From: Candidatus Bathyarchaeota archaeon
GTDB lineage: Archaea; Thermoproteota; Bathyarchaeia; Bathyarchaeales; Bathycorpusculaceae
NCBI GenBank assembly: GCA_963782525.1
Contig: CAWAKC010000006.1
Span: 1-64,000 of the forward strand
Length of the DNA stretch: 64,000 nt
Direction: 5' to 3'
The translations under genes and the position numbers were made by a program. The notes under the pieces were generated by a model. It made no database searches and was not told the origin of the DNA. It saw only the letters and a program-made list of their open reading frames with translations. How positions within the stretch are numbered: the stretch's first letter is position 1; the number at the start of each line of letters is the position of its first letter. Positions 37,643-48,860 of the stretch are shown here, piece after piece.

Positions 37643-39106
37643 TTAGCCTTTTAACGTTGCAGCAAATCCCTTGACAACGTCTTTAATGGATTGCACTAGC
37701 GGATGTCGAACTGTTTCAGGCGAAAGATTCTCAAGTCGTTCCACCCTAAAGTAGATGGGCGGATGCGAATCTAAGCCAACCCATTCTTGCAGGCGAAAAC
37801 TCGGTGTTCGCTCAAACAGTAGTCTGTGGAACCCGATTTTCTCCAGTGACCTCGCCATTACTTTGGGTTGTCCCATCATTATGGCTGACGTTAGGTCTGC
37901 GCGGGCTTCAAAGAATTTGGCTATGAAGAATATTAGTGTCATGACGGCGAAAAAGTAGATAAAGAACAGCAAAGATGTGAATATGAAGGGGAACAATGCG
38001 AGCAGCACGTAAAATCTGAAAAGAAACTCGGCGCTTAAGAGTCCAAACAGGATTAAGGGATCTCTGCCTTTCAGATGGCCAAATTCATGCCCCAAAACAC
38101 TTACAACTTCAGGCTCTTCTAACTGAACAAGTAACCCTGTAGTTATCAGAACGATGCCTCGGCTGGGGCTGGGACCGGAAGCGGCGGCATTTGGAACCAT
38201 CGTGTTAGAAATCACAATTTTCGGCACTTTGTAGCCGAAGCGGTCGGCAACTTTCTTTACGAGTTCGTAGACATTGATTTTTTTGGTGGTTAAACTGCCG
38301 AGTCTGCAGGACACGTTGTATTTGGTGAAGATTTTTTCTGCTTCTTGACAGTCGATTGCCCCGTGTTTAGCGATTATTTCCTCATAAACTTCTTTCTTTA
38401 AAGCCATCAGTTGTTCAGGCGGAATTTGTTTGTAGTCATCAAGTGTACCTAGGGAACCGATTGGCGGCTGATACTCTAGGAATTGTATGTAAGGGTTTTC
38501 TTGGGTGATTGTCCATTCGCCTGACCTAGAGATTATCTTGTTTGAGTAGAAAACGAATACGAATTGTGAAGCAATCAAAGCTATTGGAACAATCCAGAAG
38601 TAAGATGGGTAAAAAGTTAAAACAATAACAAACAATCCCAATCCAAGACCAATAAAAACAAATGTCAGCAGAACTTGGGTTTCTAAGAAAAGTCGAGTAA
38701 AACTTTTTTCGTGGAGTGTAACTTTTTCAGGTACGATTTCTTCGCCTTCTCGCCAAGCAAAGTACCATGTTAGTTTGCGGGCTTTTTCCTCAAACAATTC
38801 GGTGGCGATTAGGACGTCTTGTCTTGCTTCTGTGAATACTGCGTCTGTAACATCTGATTCTAAAGGTGTTATGGTCGCGCTTATGTTTTCTTTGCCCGTT
38901 ATTTCTACTCTTATGATTTGTCTTCCCTGCATGTCGAGGACAGAGTAGGAGATTCTGTTGCTTGTGGGCGAGGTTTCTCGGGATAAGTTTGTGAATCGTT
39001 GCTTTTGTGGAGCTAGGTACTGCGTATAAATGAAGTCAAATAGCTTCTCAAAGTAGGTTGATGGAACTTGAGTGTCTATTGAGTAAGAAACAGGTGCAGA
39101 TACCAT
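37643..39106 (-). CDS. htpX: M48 zinc metalloprotease, HtpX-like, with long N-terminal extension
   Basis: PNAAASG, ITTGLL, HEFGH, EARAD, SHPP; TM helices. Confidence 0.8.
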   Translation of the reverse strand: MVSAPVSYSIDTQVPSTYFEKLFDFIYTQYLAPQKQRFTNLSRETSPTSNRISYSVLDMQGRQIIRVEITGKENISATITPLESDVTDAVFTEARQDVLIATELFEEKARKLTWYFAWREGEEIVPEKVTLHEKSFTRLFLETQVLLTFVFIGLGLGLFVIVLTFYPSYFWIVPIALIASQFVFVFYSNKIISRSGEWTITQENPYIQFLEYQPPIGSLGTLDDYKQIPPEQLMALKKEVYEEIIAKHGAIDCQEAEKIFTKYNVSCRLGSLTTKKINVYELVKKVADRFGYKVPKIVISNTMVPNAAASGPSPSRGIVLITTGLLVQLEEPEVVSVLGHEFGHLKGRDPLILFGLLSAEFLFRFYVLLALFPFIFTSLLFFIYFFAVMTLIFFIAKFFEARADLTSAIMMGQPKVMARSLEKIGFHRLLFERTPSFRLQEWVGLDSHPPIYFRVERLENLSPETVRHPLVQSIKDVVKGFAATLKG

Positions 39107-39368
39107 ATATTAAAACCCAGTTAATCTATAATTCAAGTTGGCTTTTCTTAGTTATAACTTTATTGTTAACATGGTTGCTTTAGAATTTAACAAACGGGAC
39201 AGCGTTTATTAATCTGCAAAAACATTGATAGGAATAGCCCAAGGGGCAAAAAAAAGCTTTGTTGAAATCAAGTCAATCCGTTAAGTGGATTTGATTTCGC
39301 AAAAAGTTATGTGGCTTATCTTGACTTCGCAAGGTTTAAGAAAGCCGAAATTATGAAATAAGAAGGGA

Positions 39369-39776
39369 ATGTTAGAAGTGGCAGAACCTAAAAAAACAAT
39401 ACTCGTTGTCGATGATGATAAATCGATACTTCGAACGTTCACTCGGATTCTCCAGAAAAGTGGCTATGAAATAGAAACAGCGGAAACAGGCAAAGAAGCC
39501 ATGGAAAAAGCAGAAACCCGCCATTACGACTTAGCGCTCGTAGACATTAGGCTTCCAGACATGGACGGCACCGATTTGCTCGCAAAACTCAAAAAGGAAC
39601 TTCAACACACCGTTAAAATTATGATTACTGGTTTTCCATCTCTTGAAACCGGCGTTAAAGCGCTCGATGAAGGCGCAGACGCATATTTGGTGAAGCCGGT
39701 GAAGCCTCAGGAATTACTGATTCTATTAGAAGAGAAACTTAAAAATCGCGAAGAACCCACCGAAGTAAGCCATTAG
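39369..39776 (+). CDS. Stand-alone response regulator receiver
   Basis: VVDDD, DIRLPDMDG, ITG, YLVKP. Confidence 0.92.
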   Translation: MLEVAEPKKTILVVDDDKSILRTFTRILQKSGYEIETAETGKEAMEKAETRHYDLALVDIRLPDMDGTDLLAKLKKELQHTVKIMITGFPSLETGVKALDEGADAYLVKPVKPQELLILLEEKLKNREEPTEVSH

Positions 39777-39960
39777 CCCTTTCGATTTGGGCAGATTTTC
39801 TATTTGCTTAGTTTGTATAGGTTGGATGACTTTTGGATTTTCTTTAAATTAACTGGGTTTTGCTCACCGAAAAAAGGATATATGACAAAACACCGTTTCT
39901 CATTAAAAGCGCTGGTGAACCTATACGGCTGCATCTAATGGTGAAGAGAATAACGGTGAA

Positions 39961-41070
39961 ATGGTAGTTACTCCTTGGGAAGTTAAGGGCAGAGTAGACT
40001 ACGAACGTCTGATCAAAGAATTTGGCACCCAGCCCCTGACGCCGCAGTTGCTGGAACGTGTGGAAAGCCACACTGACAAACTGCACTTGCAGCTTGAACG
40101 GAGGATTTTCTTTAGCCACCGCGACTTAGACACAGTGCTTGACCTCTATGATAAAGGCATCAAATTCGTACTCTATACCGGCAGGGGACCTAGTGGACCC
40201 GTCCACATTGGACACCTTGTTCCATGGATTTTCACGTTGCATATTCAACAAAAATTCAAAACACGACTCTACTTCCAAATAACCGATGACGAAAAATACC
40301 TCATCAGCGACAACGCAAACCTCAAAAACACTGCAAAATGGTCTTACGAAAACGCACTTGACCTTATTGCGTTAGGATTCAAACCAGAAGATACCTTCAT
40401 AATCTACGACACAAAAGATATCGACCTCCTCTATGATATTACGCTGGAAGTTGCTAAACGGATAACGTATAGCACCGCGCGAAGCAGCTTCGGTTTCCAG
40501 GACAGCACCAACATCGGCTGGGTTTTCTGGCCCGCCATCCAAGCTGCCCCATGCTTTATCCACAAAAAACTCACAGGCGAAAACGTCCCCGCCTTGATTC
40601 CTGCAGCCATCGACCAAGACCCCTACTGGCGAGTCACCCGCGACATAGCCCAAAAACTCGGGTACTATAAACCCGCCCAAATCCACTGCCGCTTCCTCCC
40701 CGGACTAGGTGCAGGAGGCAAAATGAGTGCCTCTCAACCTGAAACAAGCATATTCACAGTTGACCAACCTGATGTTGTGAAAAAGAAAATTTGGAACGCC
40801 TTCACAGGCGGCAAAGGCACCGCTGCTGAACAACGCAAAGAAGGCGCTAACCCAACGATTTGCAGCATATTCCAATACTACTTTTTCCTCTTCGAAGAAG
40901 ACAACACCAAACTGATTGAGCGTGAACGTCGATGCAAGGGGGGCGAAATGCTCTGCGGCGAATGCAAAAAAGACGTAGCTGAAAAACTAAACGCGTTCCT
41001 AAAGGTACATCAGGAAAATCGGGAAAAAGCCAAAGACGTAATCGAACAATATCACATAAAACGCAAGTAA
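39961..41070 (+). CDS. trpS: Tryptophan--tRNA ligase (archaeal type)
   Basis: VTPWEV, YTGRGPS..HIGH, IDQDPYWR, KMSAS. Confidence 0.95.
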   Translation: MVVTPWEVKGRVDYERLIKEFGTQPLTPQLLERVESHTDKLHLQLERRIFFSHRDLDTVLDLYDKGIKFVLYTGRGPSGPVHIGHLVPWIFTLHIQQKFKTRLYFQITDDEKYLISDNANLKNTAKWSYENALDLIALGFKPEDTFIIYDTKDIDLLYDITLEVAKRITYSTARSSFGFQDSTNIGWVFWPAIQAAPCFIHKKLTGENVPALIPAAIDQDPYWRVTRDIAQKLGYYKPAQIHCRFLPGLGAGGKMSASQPETSIFTVDQPDVVKKKIWNAFTGGKGTAAEQRKEGANPTICSIFQYYFFLFEEDNTKLIERERRCKGGEMLCGECKKDVAEKLNAFLKVHQENREKAKDVIEQYHIKRK

Positions 41071-41222
41071 TTTTTGTGGACTTCAGCTTCAGGAGAATAT
41101 CAACCTATAAATAATTAAAAAAACAGTAAATAGTTGGAGACCCCCCTTAGGGATTTTCCTTGTTACATTTTGTTCAGCTTTAAATGGAAATGTACGCCGA
41201 ACTAAGTCAAAGGAGTATTTGA

Positions 41223-43397
41223 ATGGAGTTTCAGGATGAGATTATTCAATTGGTTCCGAAACGGATTGGACGAATAGCTGAGCTTGCAAACAACCTCTGG
41301 TGGAGCTGGGATGAAGAGGGACGGCAGGTTTTTCGTTCTTTGGATTATGAGCTTTGGAGGGCAAGTGGACATAATCCAGTTAAACAACTGCGTGACATTC
41401 CCCCTGACAAGTTAGAGGCTGCAGCAAGAGATCCTGCCTTCCTTGAACTGTACGACTCAATAATTCTAAAATTTGATAATTACTTGACGAGCAAAAAAGA
41501 CTGGTGTGGAAAAAAGGTTCCTGAAAACTTTGAAGGACAAATTGCTTATTTTTCCGCTGAATACGCTATCCACAATTCGCTTCCCATTTACGCTGGTGGC
41601 TTAGGAGTCCTTGCGGGAGATATCTGCAAGCAATCTTCTGACAGTGGATTACCTTTGGTTGCCGTGGGTTTTATGTACCCTCAAGGTTACTTCCGCCAAC
41701 ACGTTTCTGCTGAAGGCTGGCAGGAAGAAGCTTACACACAAATAGATTTCAGCGAAGCACCTATATCACCATGCGCTTGGCCCATGGGATGCGGTCCCAT
41801 AATTGCAGTTCCGCTTGGAGACCACCAAATTTTCCTCCAAGTTTGGCAGGTGCGAGTGGGAAGGGTGAACCTGTATCTGCTCGATACAAACATTAGCGAC
41901 AACCGAGAGGAGGACAGGGGGCTTTCTGCAAGGCTCTACACTGCTAACCAAGAAGAGAGGCTGCGGCAACTCATCGTTTTAGGCATGGGTGGAGTGCGAG
42001 CCTTGCGTGAACTGCATATAAAACCAGTTGTATGGCATGCCAATGAAGACCACACAGCGTTTATGATGCTTGAGCGGCTTAGAGAAGAACGGGCAAAAGG
42101 GACCCCGCTAAAAGAGGCAATCGACAAGGTGCGGAAAAGCACTGTTTTTACAACCCACACGCCTGTCGCGGCTGGGCAACATATTTTCCCATATCAACTG
42201 ATGGATCGTTACGCACGTAACTTTTGGGAATCTCTGAGTATTGACAGTGAAAGCTTCTTGAAACTTGGAAGCTATGACGGTTTAGGTCCAGAAAAATTTA
42301 GTTTAACAGCTTTTGCTCTGCGGTTAGCTGGTCAAGCCAACGCTGTAAGCAAACTTCATGGTAAGGTAGCCCGCAAAATGTGGAGCGTGCTCTACCCGGA
42401 AAAACCGATAGACGAAGTTCCAATATTAAGCATAACAAATGGTGTTCATGCACCTAGTTGGCGAGCAGCAGAAATTTCGGAGCTATGTGCAAAACAAATT
42501 AAAGATGAACCATTGCCAAACGAGAACGAAGAACAGTTCTGGAAATGTGCACCTGACATGCCAGATGAACAGTTTTGGAATGTTCATCAATTAATGAAGA
42601 GTAGGCTTATCCGCGCCATTCAAGATCGTGCCCAACTGCGTTTAGTTAGAGATGGAATTTCTACCCAGCAGGTGCTAGCAATGGGGGCTTTACTTGACCC
42701 GTATGCTTTAACTATTGCTTTTACTCGTCGATTTACTCAGTACAAGCGTCCTTACTTGATTTTATCCGATAGTGAACGTCTCAAGAAGTTAGTTACTGAT
42801 CCATTGCGTCCTGTGCAGATAATTTTCGGCGGCAAATCTCATCCGGCAGATTATGCTTCAAAAGAGCTTCTCAAAATCGTTTACAATGTGGCTTTGGATA
42901 AGCGGTTTCAGGGAAGAATAGTGTTCGTTGAAGATTATGACATGAGTCTTGCCAGGGATTTAGTTCGAGGGGTTGATGTTTGGCTAAACACTCCAAGACG
43001 TTTGCAGGAAGCATGTGGAACAAGTGGCATGAAAGCTTCAATGAATGGAGTTATTAATCTAAGTGTTCGTGACGGATGGTGGGATGAAGCCTATAACGGT
43101 ATTAACGGATGGGCAATTGACAGCTTTAAAGGTGGAAACCCTGACGAAGAAGACAAGGCTGACACTGAAGCACTATATAGTCTACTGGAAAATAATATAG
43201 TGCCTCTATTTTACGACCGCGACCGCAAAGGAGTGCCGCATGGCTGGATTCAAGTTGCCAAGGAAGCAATCAAAACGGTCAACCCTGTTTTTAATGCTTG
43301 CCGAATGATGAAGGAATATGTTGAGCGAATGTACATACCAGCTATTTTACCTGAGGTTTCTTTTTCTAACCCATTAATTGAAAAGGAGAAATTTTGA
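41223..43397 (+). CDS. glgP: Alpha-glucan (glycogen) phosphorylase
   Basis: YFSAEY, YAGGLGVLAGD, FTTHTPV, EACGTSGMK PLP motif. Confidence 0.93.
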   Translation: MEFQDEIIQLVPKRIGRIAELANNLWWSWDEEGRQVFRSLDYELWRASGHNPVKQLRDIPPDKLEAAARDPAFLELYDSIILKFDNYLTSKKDWCGKKVPENFEGQIAYFSAEYAIHNSLPIYAGGLGVLAGDICKQSSDSGLPLVAVGFMYPQGYFRQHVSAEGWQEEAYTQIDFSEAPISPCAWPMGCGPIIAVPLGDHQIFLQVWQVRVGRVNLYLLDTNISDNREEDRGLSARLYTANQEERLRQLIVLGMGGVRALRELHIKPVVWHANEDHTAFMMLERLREERAKGTPLKEAIDKVRKSTVFTTHTPVAAGQHIFPYQLMDRYARNFWESLSIDSESFLKLGSYDGLGPEKFSLTAFALRLAGQANAVSKLHGKVARKMWSVLYPEKPIDEVPILSITNGVHAPSWRAAEISELCAKQIKDEPLPNENEEQFWKCAPDMPDEQFWNVHQLMKSRLIRAIQDRAQLRLVRDGISTQQVLAMGALLDPYALTIAFTRRFTQYKRPYLILSDSERLKKLVTDPLRPVQIIFGGKSHPADYASKELLKIVYNVALDKRFQGRIVFVEDYDMSLARDLVRGVDVWLNTPRRLQEACGTSGMKASMNGVINLSVRDGWWDEAYNGINGWAIDSFKGGNPDEEDKADTEALYSLLENNIVPLFYDRDRKGVPHGWIQVAKEAIKTVNPVFNACRMMKEYVERMYIPAILPEVSFSNPLIEKEKF

Positions 43398-44944
43398 TGA
43401 GTGAAAAAACAAAACTAGATAACATCAGCCTGAACTTGGAAGACACCATAACAGTTTTTGTTAGAAACGATGAGATTGTTGCTGATATAAACTCGAAAGG
43501 CTGCGAGTTACTAGAGTCCTCAAAAGAAGAGGTTTTGGGCAAGAACTGGTTCGACGTTTTTATTCCTCAAACCATACGCGAGGAGATGAGAATTTCTTTT
43601 CACCAATTGCTGGACGGGACTTCCCGAAGAGGTCACGTTGAGAAAAAGGTTTTAACTAAAAGCGGTCAGGAACGGGTGATTAATTGGCTTAACCTGCCCG
43701 TCAAAGATGAAAAAGGCAAGTTTATAGGTGCAATTTTTTCTGGGCAAGACTTAACTGACCGTAAACTATTTGAAGAAAAATACATTCGATTGGCTTCTTT
43801 TCCAGCTTTTGACCCAAATCCCATCGTAGAAGTTGATTTTGAGGGAAAAATTACTTACACTAATCCAGCTGCAATAAAAGTCTTCCCTAACCTTGAAAAA
43901 AAAGGTTTAGACCAGCCGTTCTTTTCTGATTGGGAAGCTGTTTCCTGCGTTTTTAAAGATAAAATCGCCGCTGAGTATTCGTTTGGAAGAGAAATAAACC
44001 TTGACGGCGACTGGTACCTGCAGCAATTCTCATACATGCCCATAGGACCTAGGATCAGAATCTACGTTGTAAACATTGATCAGAAAAAACAAGCGGAAGA
44101 AGCCCTGAAAGTGAGCGAAGAAAAATATCGTTCGCTATTTGAGAACTTGATTAATGGCTATGCCTACTGCAAGATGATTTATGACCAAAAAGGTGCGCCA
44201 GCAGATTTTATGTACTTGGAAATCAATGCAGCATTTGAGCAACTAACCGGTTTAAAACGTGAAACGGTAGTTAACAGAAAGGTTTCTGAGGCTATTCCAG
44301 GGACAAAAGAAGCTAATCCCGAAATATTTGAAATATACGGTAGAGTTGCCAAGACTGGGAAAGCTGAGCGCTTTGAACTTTTCTTTAAGCCGCTAAACAT
44401 TTGGTTGAATATTTCTGTGTACGGTCCCAAAAAAGACTATTTCGTAGCAATTTTTGAAAACATAACTAAGCGTAAAGAGCTGGAGCAAGAGTTGAACAGC
44501 TACAATCAGCGGCTTGAGGATGTTGTGGCTAAACGCACAGCAGAGTATTCTCAGGCAAACCAGAGACTGACCAATGAAATTATGGAACGCAAAAAAATTG
44601 AAGATGGATTGACTTTTAGAGCGATTATTTTAGATAATTTAGCTGAAGCTATCTTTTTGGCGAATTTGCGGGGAGAATTTGTATATGTAAACCTTGCAGC
44701 CTGCGAACTATTCGGTTACCCCTGTGACGAATTCTTGAATTTGAATCTTTGGAGAATTCTACAAATCCCAGAGGAAGAAAAGAAAGATCTAATGGATAAA
44801 ATTCTAAAAGCCGAGCAAATCGATTTCCACACCGTTCAAGTTACGAAAAACGAGAAAGTTCAGATTCATTTGCGTATGAGTTTAGTGAAGACGGCTCATG
44901 GAAAGCTGATAATCAGCGTAGTGCACAAGGTTAAGGGGCAATAA
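43394..44944 (+). CDS. Multi-PAS sensor protein without output domain
   Basis: About four PAS-like repeats and a coiled coil; no HisKA/HATPase motifs. Confidence 0.8.
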   Translation: MMSEKTKLDNISLNLEDTITVFVRNDEIVADINSKGCELLESSKEEVLGKNWFDVFIPQTIREEMRISFHQLLDGTSRRGHVEKKVLTKSGQERVINWLNLPVKDEKGKFIGAIFSGQDLTDRKLFEEKYIRLASFPAFDPNPIVEVDFEGKITYTNPAAIKVFPNLEKKGLDQPFFSDWEAVSCVFKDKIAAEYSFGREINLDGDWYLQQFSYMPIGPRIRIYVVNIDQKKQAEEALKVSEEKYRSLFENLINGYAYCKMIYDQKGAPADFMYLEINAAFEQLTGLKRETVVNRKVSEAIPGTKEANPEIFEIYGRVAKTGKAERFELFFKPLNIWLNISVYGPKKDYFVAIFENITKRKELEQELNSYNQRLEDVVAKRTAEYSQANQRLTNEIMERKKIEDGLTFRAIILDNLAEAIFLANLRGEFVYVNLAACELFGYPCDEFLNLNLWRILQIPEEEKKDLMDKILKAEQIDFHTVQVTKNEKVQIHLRMSLVKTAHGKLIISVVHKVKGQ

Positions 44945-45023
44945 AGACTTGAGAAAACCCCAATTTGAAGATTAAGTAAAATCTTATTTGCTGCATATGC
45001 ATAGCTTGTAGAAGGCGAACTGA

Positions 45024-45488
45024 ATGAGTGATAAAGAGCTTAAAGTAAACAAAATCAAAGACGGCACCGTAATCGACCACATCCGCGGCGGATACGCTTT
45101 AGACGTAGTAAAGATCTTAGGCATAACTGGCAAAGAAAAAAAAGTCATGACCATCGCCATCAATGTTCCCAGCAGACGCTTCGGAGTCAAAGACATCGTA
45201 AAAATCGAGGGAAAAGCCCTTAACTCACAGGAAGTTAACAGGATTGCGCTTGTTGCTCCGCACGCATCGATAAACTTCGTTCGAAACTATGAAGTGGTTG
45301 AAAAATTGGTGGTTAAACTGCCTAAAACTATAGAAGGCATCGTTAAATGTGCTAACCCCTGCTGCATAAGTATCAGCAACGAACCAGTTGTCTCGAAATT
45401 CTACGTTAAAAATGAAGAACCACTGTTGCTCAAATGCCACTACTGCGGAGTCACAATCGAGCAGGCAGATGTTTTGGCCCAACTCTAA
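45024..45488 (+). CDS. pyrI: Aspartate carbamoyltransferase regulatory subunit
   Basis: IKDGTVIDHI, KDIVKIEG, CANPCC...CHYC. Confidence 0.95.
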   Translation: MSDKELKVNKIKDGTVIDHIRGGYALDVVKILGITGKEKKVMTIAINVPSRRFGVKDIVKIEGKALNSQEVNRIALVAPHASINFVRNYEVVEKLVVKLPKTIEGIVKCANPCCISISNEPVVSKFYVKNEEPLLLKCHYCGVTIEQADVLAQL

Positions 45489-45910
45489 GGTAACCGTTCC
45501 CGAGCCAACAAAAACAATACCTCAAAATCTTTCCGAACCAACATTTTTCCCTTGCCTATTCCTGGGCACTCAAATGTGAAATTGAAAACATGCTGGTCTT
45601 TGTCTTGGTCAAATTTTAGTTCAAAGGGATAGAACCTGCAGATTAGGGGTCTTGATGCGTAGATGCTGCATTGGTTATCTTTTAGGAAGAAGCATTTACC
45701 TTCTCTGTTCTTTTTCATTTCATAGCAGTAAGGGTTTTTATCGGCGATCTGTTCGGTGAAAGCTTCTTTTGGTAAACAAGTCTCAGCCGAAATGGCGGTT
45801 TTTTCTGACTCTAGAAGCAGAATATGCCTTGTTTTTTCTTTAGTGTCTCCGCAGCATAAACCGCATCTGCTGCACTCGAAAACCACGTTAGTTGGGCAAA
45901 CGAAATCCAC
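45485..45910 (-). CDS. YkgJ-family cysteine cluster protein
   Basis: CSRCGLCC, CFFL...CSIYASRPLICRFYPF, CPGIG. Confidence 0.88.
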   Translation of the reverse strand: MDFVCPTNVVFECSRCGLCCGDTKEKTRHILLLESEKTAISAETCLPKEAFTEQIADKNPYCYEMKKNREGKCFFLKDNQCSIYASRPLICRFYPFELKFDQDKDQHVFNFTFECPGIGKGKMLVRKDFEVLFLLARERLP

Positions 45911-45957
45911 TTTGATTCAACAGACATCTAATTCTTCTTTTGCCATAAAAACGTTGG

Positions 45958-46290
45958 TTACAAACTTTTATTTTCTTCAGGAAGTTTTGCACGATGCCCT
46001 TCGCCATACTGGAAGGGTCTGCCCAAGTTTTTCTCCAGTTTCTTCTTGAAAGCTTCATCCATATTCATGTTCGGACACGCTAAACGACTAGCATCCAAAA
46101 CATAGAACATTACGTCGATTAGTTCCTCAGCGATTTTTTCTTCAGGTAATCCCTTCTTCCATGCGTCGCTGGCTTCCCCGAGCTCTATGAAGGCGAAAAG
46201 CAGTTTCTTTGGAATATCCTCGGGCTTATTGTAGAATCCTTTTGCTATGACTAGGGCTTCGATCTCTTTTTTCATTTCTTCAAGTTGCAA
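45958..46290 (-). CDS. MazG-like nucleotide pyrophosphohydrolase
   Basis: ELGEASDA...EELIDV. Confidence 0.82.
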   Translation of the reverse strand: MQLEEMKKEIEALVIAKGFYNKPEDIPKKLLFAFIELGEASDAWKKGLPEEKIAEELIDVMFYVLDASRLACPNMNMDEAFKKKLEKNLGRPFQYGEGHRAKLPEENKSL

Positions 46291-46437
46291 GCCAATTTCC
46301 CCTTGATTTACAAAAACAATGATTTGGAAATATAAAAGGAGTGGCTGATGTTTGAAGTTAAAAGTTATTCATAATCTTGTATGTTCACAATCAAAATGGG
46401 CCAATCGTGTACTTCTCAGAAAAAAATTAATTATCCT

Positions 46438-46584
46438 CTAAAATTCTGTGGCGTATTTAAAGACGGTGCCGCATGAATCGCAGGTAAAGCGTGCGACACA
46501 GAAAACAGAGTTCTCCAGTGTCTTGTCTGCTTTTATCAACTGTTTTCCGCATTTTGGACAATTAGCTTTATTGCATGATATCAC
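46438..46584 (-). CDS. Small zinc-ribbon protein (48 aa, below track cutoff)
   Basis: GTG start; CPKCGK...FTCDSCGTVF. Confidence 0.55.
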   Translation of the reverse strand: MISCNKANCPKCGKQLIKADKTLENSVFCVARFTCDSCGTVFKYATEF

Positions 46585-46892
46585 GATATCAACTTGCTGT
46601 TAAAGTCGGAAATACTATATGAAACATTGTTGTCTCAAACGAGAACAACAATCTATCATTTGTGTTTGTTAGCTTGTGGTTGGTTTTAGGCTACCACAAA
46701 TTCTTGTTTTCTGTCAAATCAGTGGGTTTTTGCCGAGAAATTATGTGTCGTTTGGTAGAGAAACCTGAAGCTGATTTAAGGCTTTGTTTTCCAGTTATGC
46801 ACTATGGGGCTTAGGCTCCCAAATGTGTATCTGGGCATTCCTTAACGGCGCTGGAGTCTGCCAAACGGCACCTGCAAAAATTTAGCGCTTTT

Positions 46893-48146
46893 TTATTTTG
46901 TTGTTTCAAGCGTAACGGTTGATAAGCTGTCTTCTTGAAGATAACGGTTGGCTGCTTCCATTATGTCTTCACTTGAAACTGTCTTTATTTTTCCGATGTA
47001 GTCCATCAATGCGGTTTCGGATCTGAATTGCATTTCCATATAAGCGAGAATCTCTGAGCATTCATGCGGATTATCCATTCCTCGAAGAATCTCCGCCATA
47101 ATCAGGTTTTTATTTCTGTCAAGCTCTTCTTTTGGCACTTTATCGGTTCTTAACTTGGATAGTTCTTTGAGAATCAAGTCAGTGGCTTTTGCCAGCTTTT
47201 TATTTTTCACTGCACAGCTAATACTGAAATACCCAAAATCCACGCCTTTATTATGGTCACAACTAACATCATAGGTTAAAGCGTTTTTTTCTCGAAGTTC
47301 CACAAATAAACGTGAACTTGTCCCTCCACTAAGCAGTGCACTCATCAAATCCAATTTGGGTGAATCTTGATGCGTAGAACAAACCGTCCGTGCTCCAACG
47401 CTCAAGTATGATTGGGCTATTCCAGGTTTTTTCTCAACCACCAGCGATTCAGGTTTCGCTGTTTCGCAAGGAACCATTTTTCTTCGAAAAGTCTGCTCAC
47501 TTGTTCTGCTCTTGAAATTTTCAAGAACCCCCTCTACGGATTTTTCAGTGAAATTACCAGTCAAAATCAACACCATATTTTGGGGAATATAGTTAGTTCT
47601 ATGAACTTGTCCTAATTGGTTTAAAGTTAGTTTCTCCACAGTTTTTGGAAATCCTCCAACAGGCCGTTTTACGGGGTGACTTTTGAACAAGGTCTTCAGA
47701 AGCAATTCTTCAATTCTTTCTGACGGGTCATCTAAAGCTTCAGATAGTTCGTTGAGAATTATTTTTCGTTCTTTCTTGAAATTTTCTTCTTCAAACTCCA
47801 AGTTAAAGAGCAACTCGGAAATAACGTATGAAGCTTCACTTAATTTCTCAGGTAAAATATCCAAAGTTGTCATCATATGTTCATGGTCTGTATAGAAATC
47901 TAAAATCCCTCCGGAATCCTCAATGCTTCGGGATAGTTGAATGCGCTTTGGTGACCCCCCCGCAAGCATGTGCTCTATGAAATGGGCAACTCCAGCGTTT
48001 TCCTCTGGTTCTTGGTTTGAACCAAATCCAACTGAAACGGCTAACTGTGTGGTGTTCGCAGTTTCTCGGGGAAATAGCAGTACTGTTAACCCGTTCGGAA
48101 GGCTATTCCTGCGCCAAAACATGGCAGATGTCATATCCAAAATCAA
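46893..48146 (-). CDS. M16 (pitrilysin) family peptidase
   Basis: GVAHFIEHM inverted zinc motif, SSRLFVELREK..LTY. Confidence 0.9.
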   Translation of the reverse strand: MILDMTSAMFWRRNSLPNGLTVLLFPRETANTTQLAVSVGFGSNQEPEENAGVAHFIEHMLAGGSPKRIQLSRSIEDSGGILDFYTDHEHMMTTLDILPEKLSEASYVISELLFNLEFEEENFKKERKIILNELSEALDDPSERIEELLLKTLFKSHPVKRPVGGFPKTVEKLTLNQLGQVHRTNYIPQNMVLILTGNFTEKSVEGVLENFKSRTSEQTFRRKMVPCETAKPESLVVEKKPGIAQSYLSVGARTVCSTHQDSPKLDLMSALLSGGTSSRLFVELREKNALTYDVSCDHNKGVDFGYFSISCAVKNKKLAKATDLILKELSKLRTDKVPKEELDRNKNLIMAEILRGMDNPHECSEILAYMEMQFRSETALMDYIGKIKTVSSEDIMEAANRYLQEDSLSTVTLETTK

Positions 48147-48383
48147 ACAGGCGCTTCTAAAAAAGATTGGCGAACAAACAGCCGACTTACCCGCTGCTTT
48201 AAATTAAGAAGGCCGAGGGGGTAGCTTTTAGGAGAAAAGATGGGTAAATGTCCAGTAAACCCAACTGCCCAACCCCTCAACCCCAAACGCTATTTCAGTC
48301 GACTTAGCATAAAAAACTTTGCACAATCAAGCAAATTGATATATAAATAGTCTCACAAAACAGCGTTTTAATGCTACTCTCAG

Positions 48384-48731
48384 CTAGTTTTGTGCTTTTT
48401 CCATATGAAAGTGATGCAGGAACCGGTGGACAATTGGGGCGGCAAAAATGCCGATTGCCACTAACTCGATTAACCCGCAGTATAATGCGTATACTCCAGC
48501 AAATATTTTTCCTGAATCTGTATGAAGAATGTTAACTGGTCCCATTCCACCCATTAACATGGCAGCGTTCAAAAACGAGTCAACCCACGAGTAGCCTTCA
48601 AGCATGTGGTAACCAACCATGCCTATTACCAGTGAACCAAGCACAAGGCTCAACGATATCAACGCGTACCTTGCTAATCTTTTGAGGAATAGGCGTCTTG
48701 GCAAAAGTTTTTCGTGGCGATGCTCAAACAT
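48384..48731 (-). CDS. Small two-TM channel-like membrane protein
   Basis: WVDSFLNAAMLMGGMGP...GKIFAGVYALY. Confidence 0.7.
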   Translation of the reverse strand: MFEHRHEKLLPRRLFLKRLARYALISLSLVLGSLVIGMVGYHMLEGYSWVDSFLNAAMLMGGMGPVNILHTDSGKIFAGVYALYCGLIELVAIGIFAAPIVHRFLHHFHMEKAQN

Positions 48732-48860
48732 TTCAGTCTATCCTTAACTTAAACGCTAACTCTTAGCTTGTATGCGCCTTTATACTTTTTCAAAGGCAAA
48801 AATCGCATAAACCCAAACAAACATTTTAATCTCCAATCATTATTTCAAAGAGCGATTGAA

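Noticed and set aside
45024-45488. pyrI without adjacent pyrB
   Set aside because: Split pyrB/pyrI arrangements are common in archaea
46800-46880. GC-rich patch possibly an RNA gene
   Set aside because: No convincing cloverleaf, box motifs or long stem found by eye
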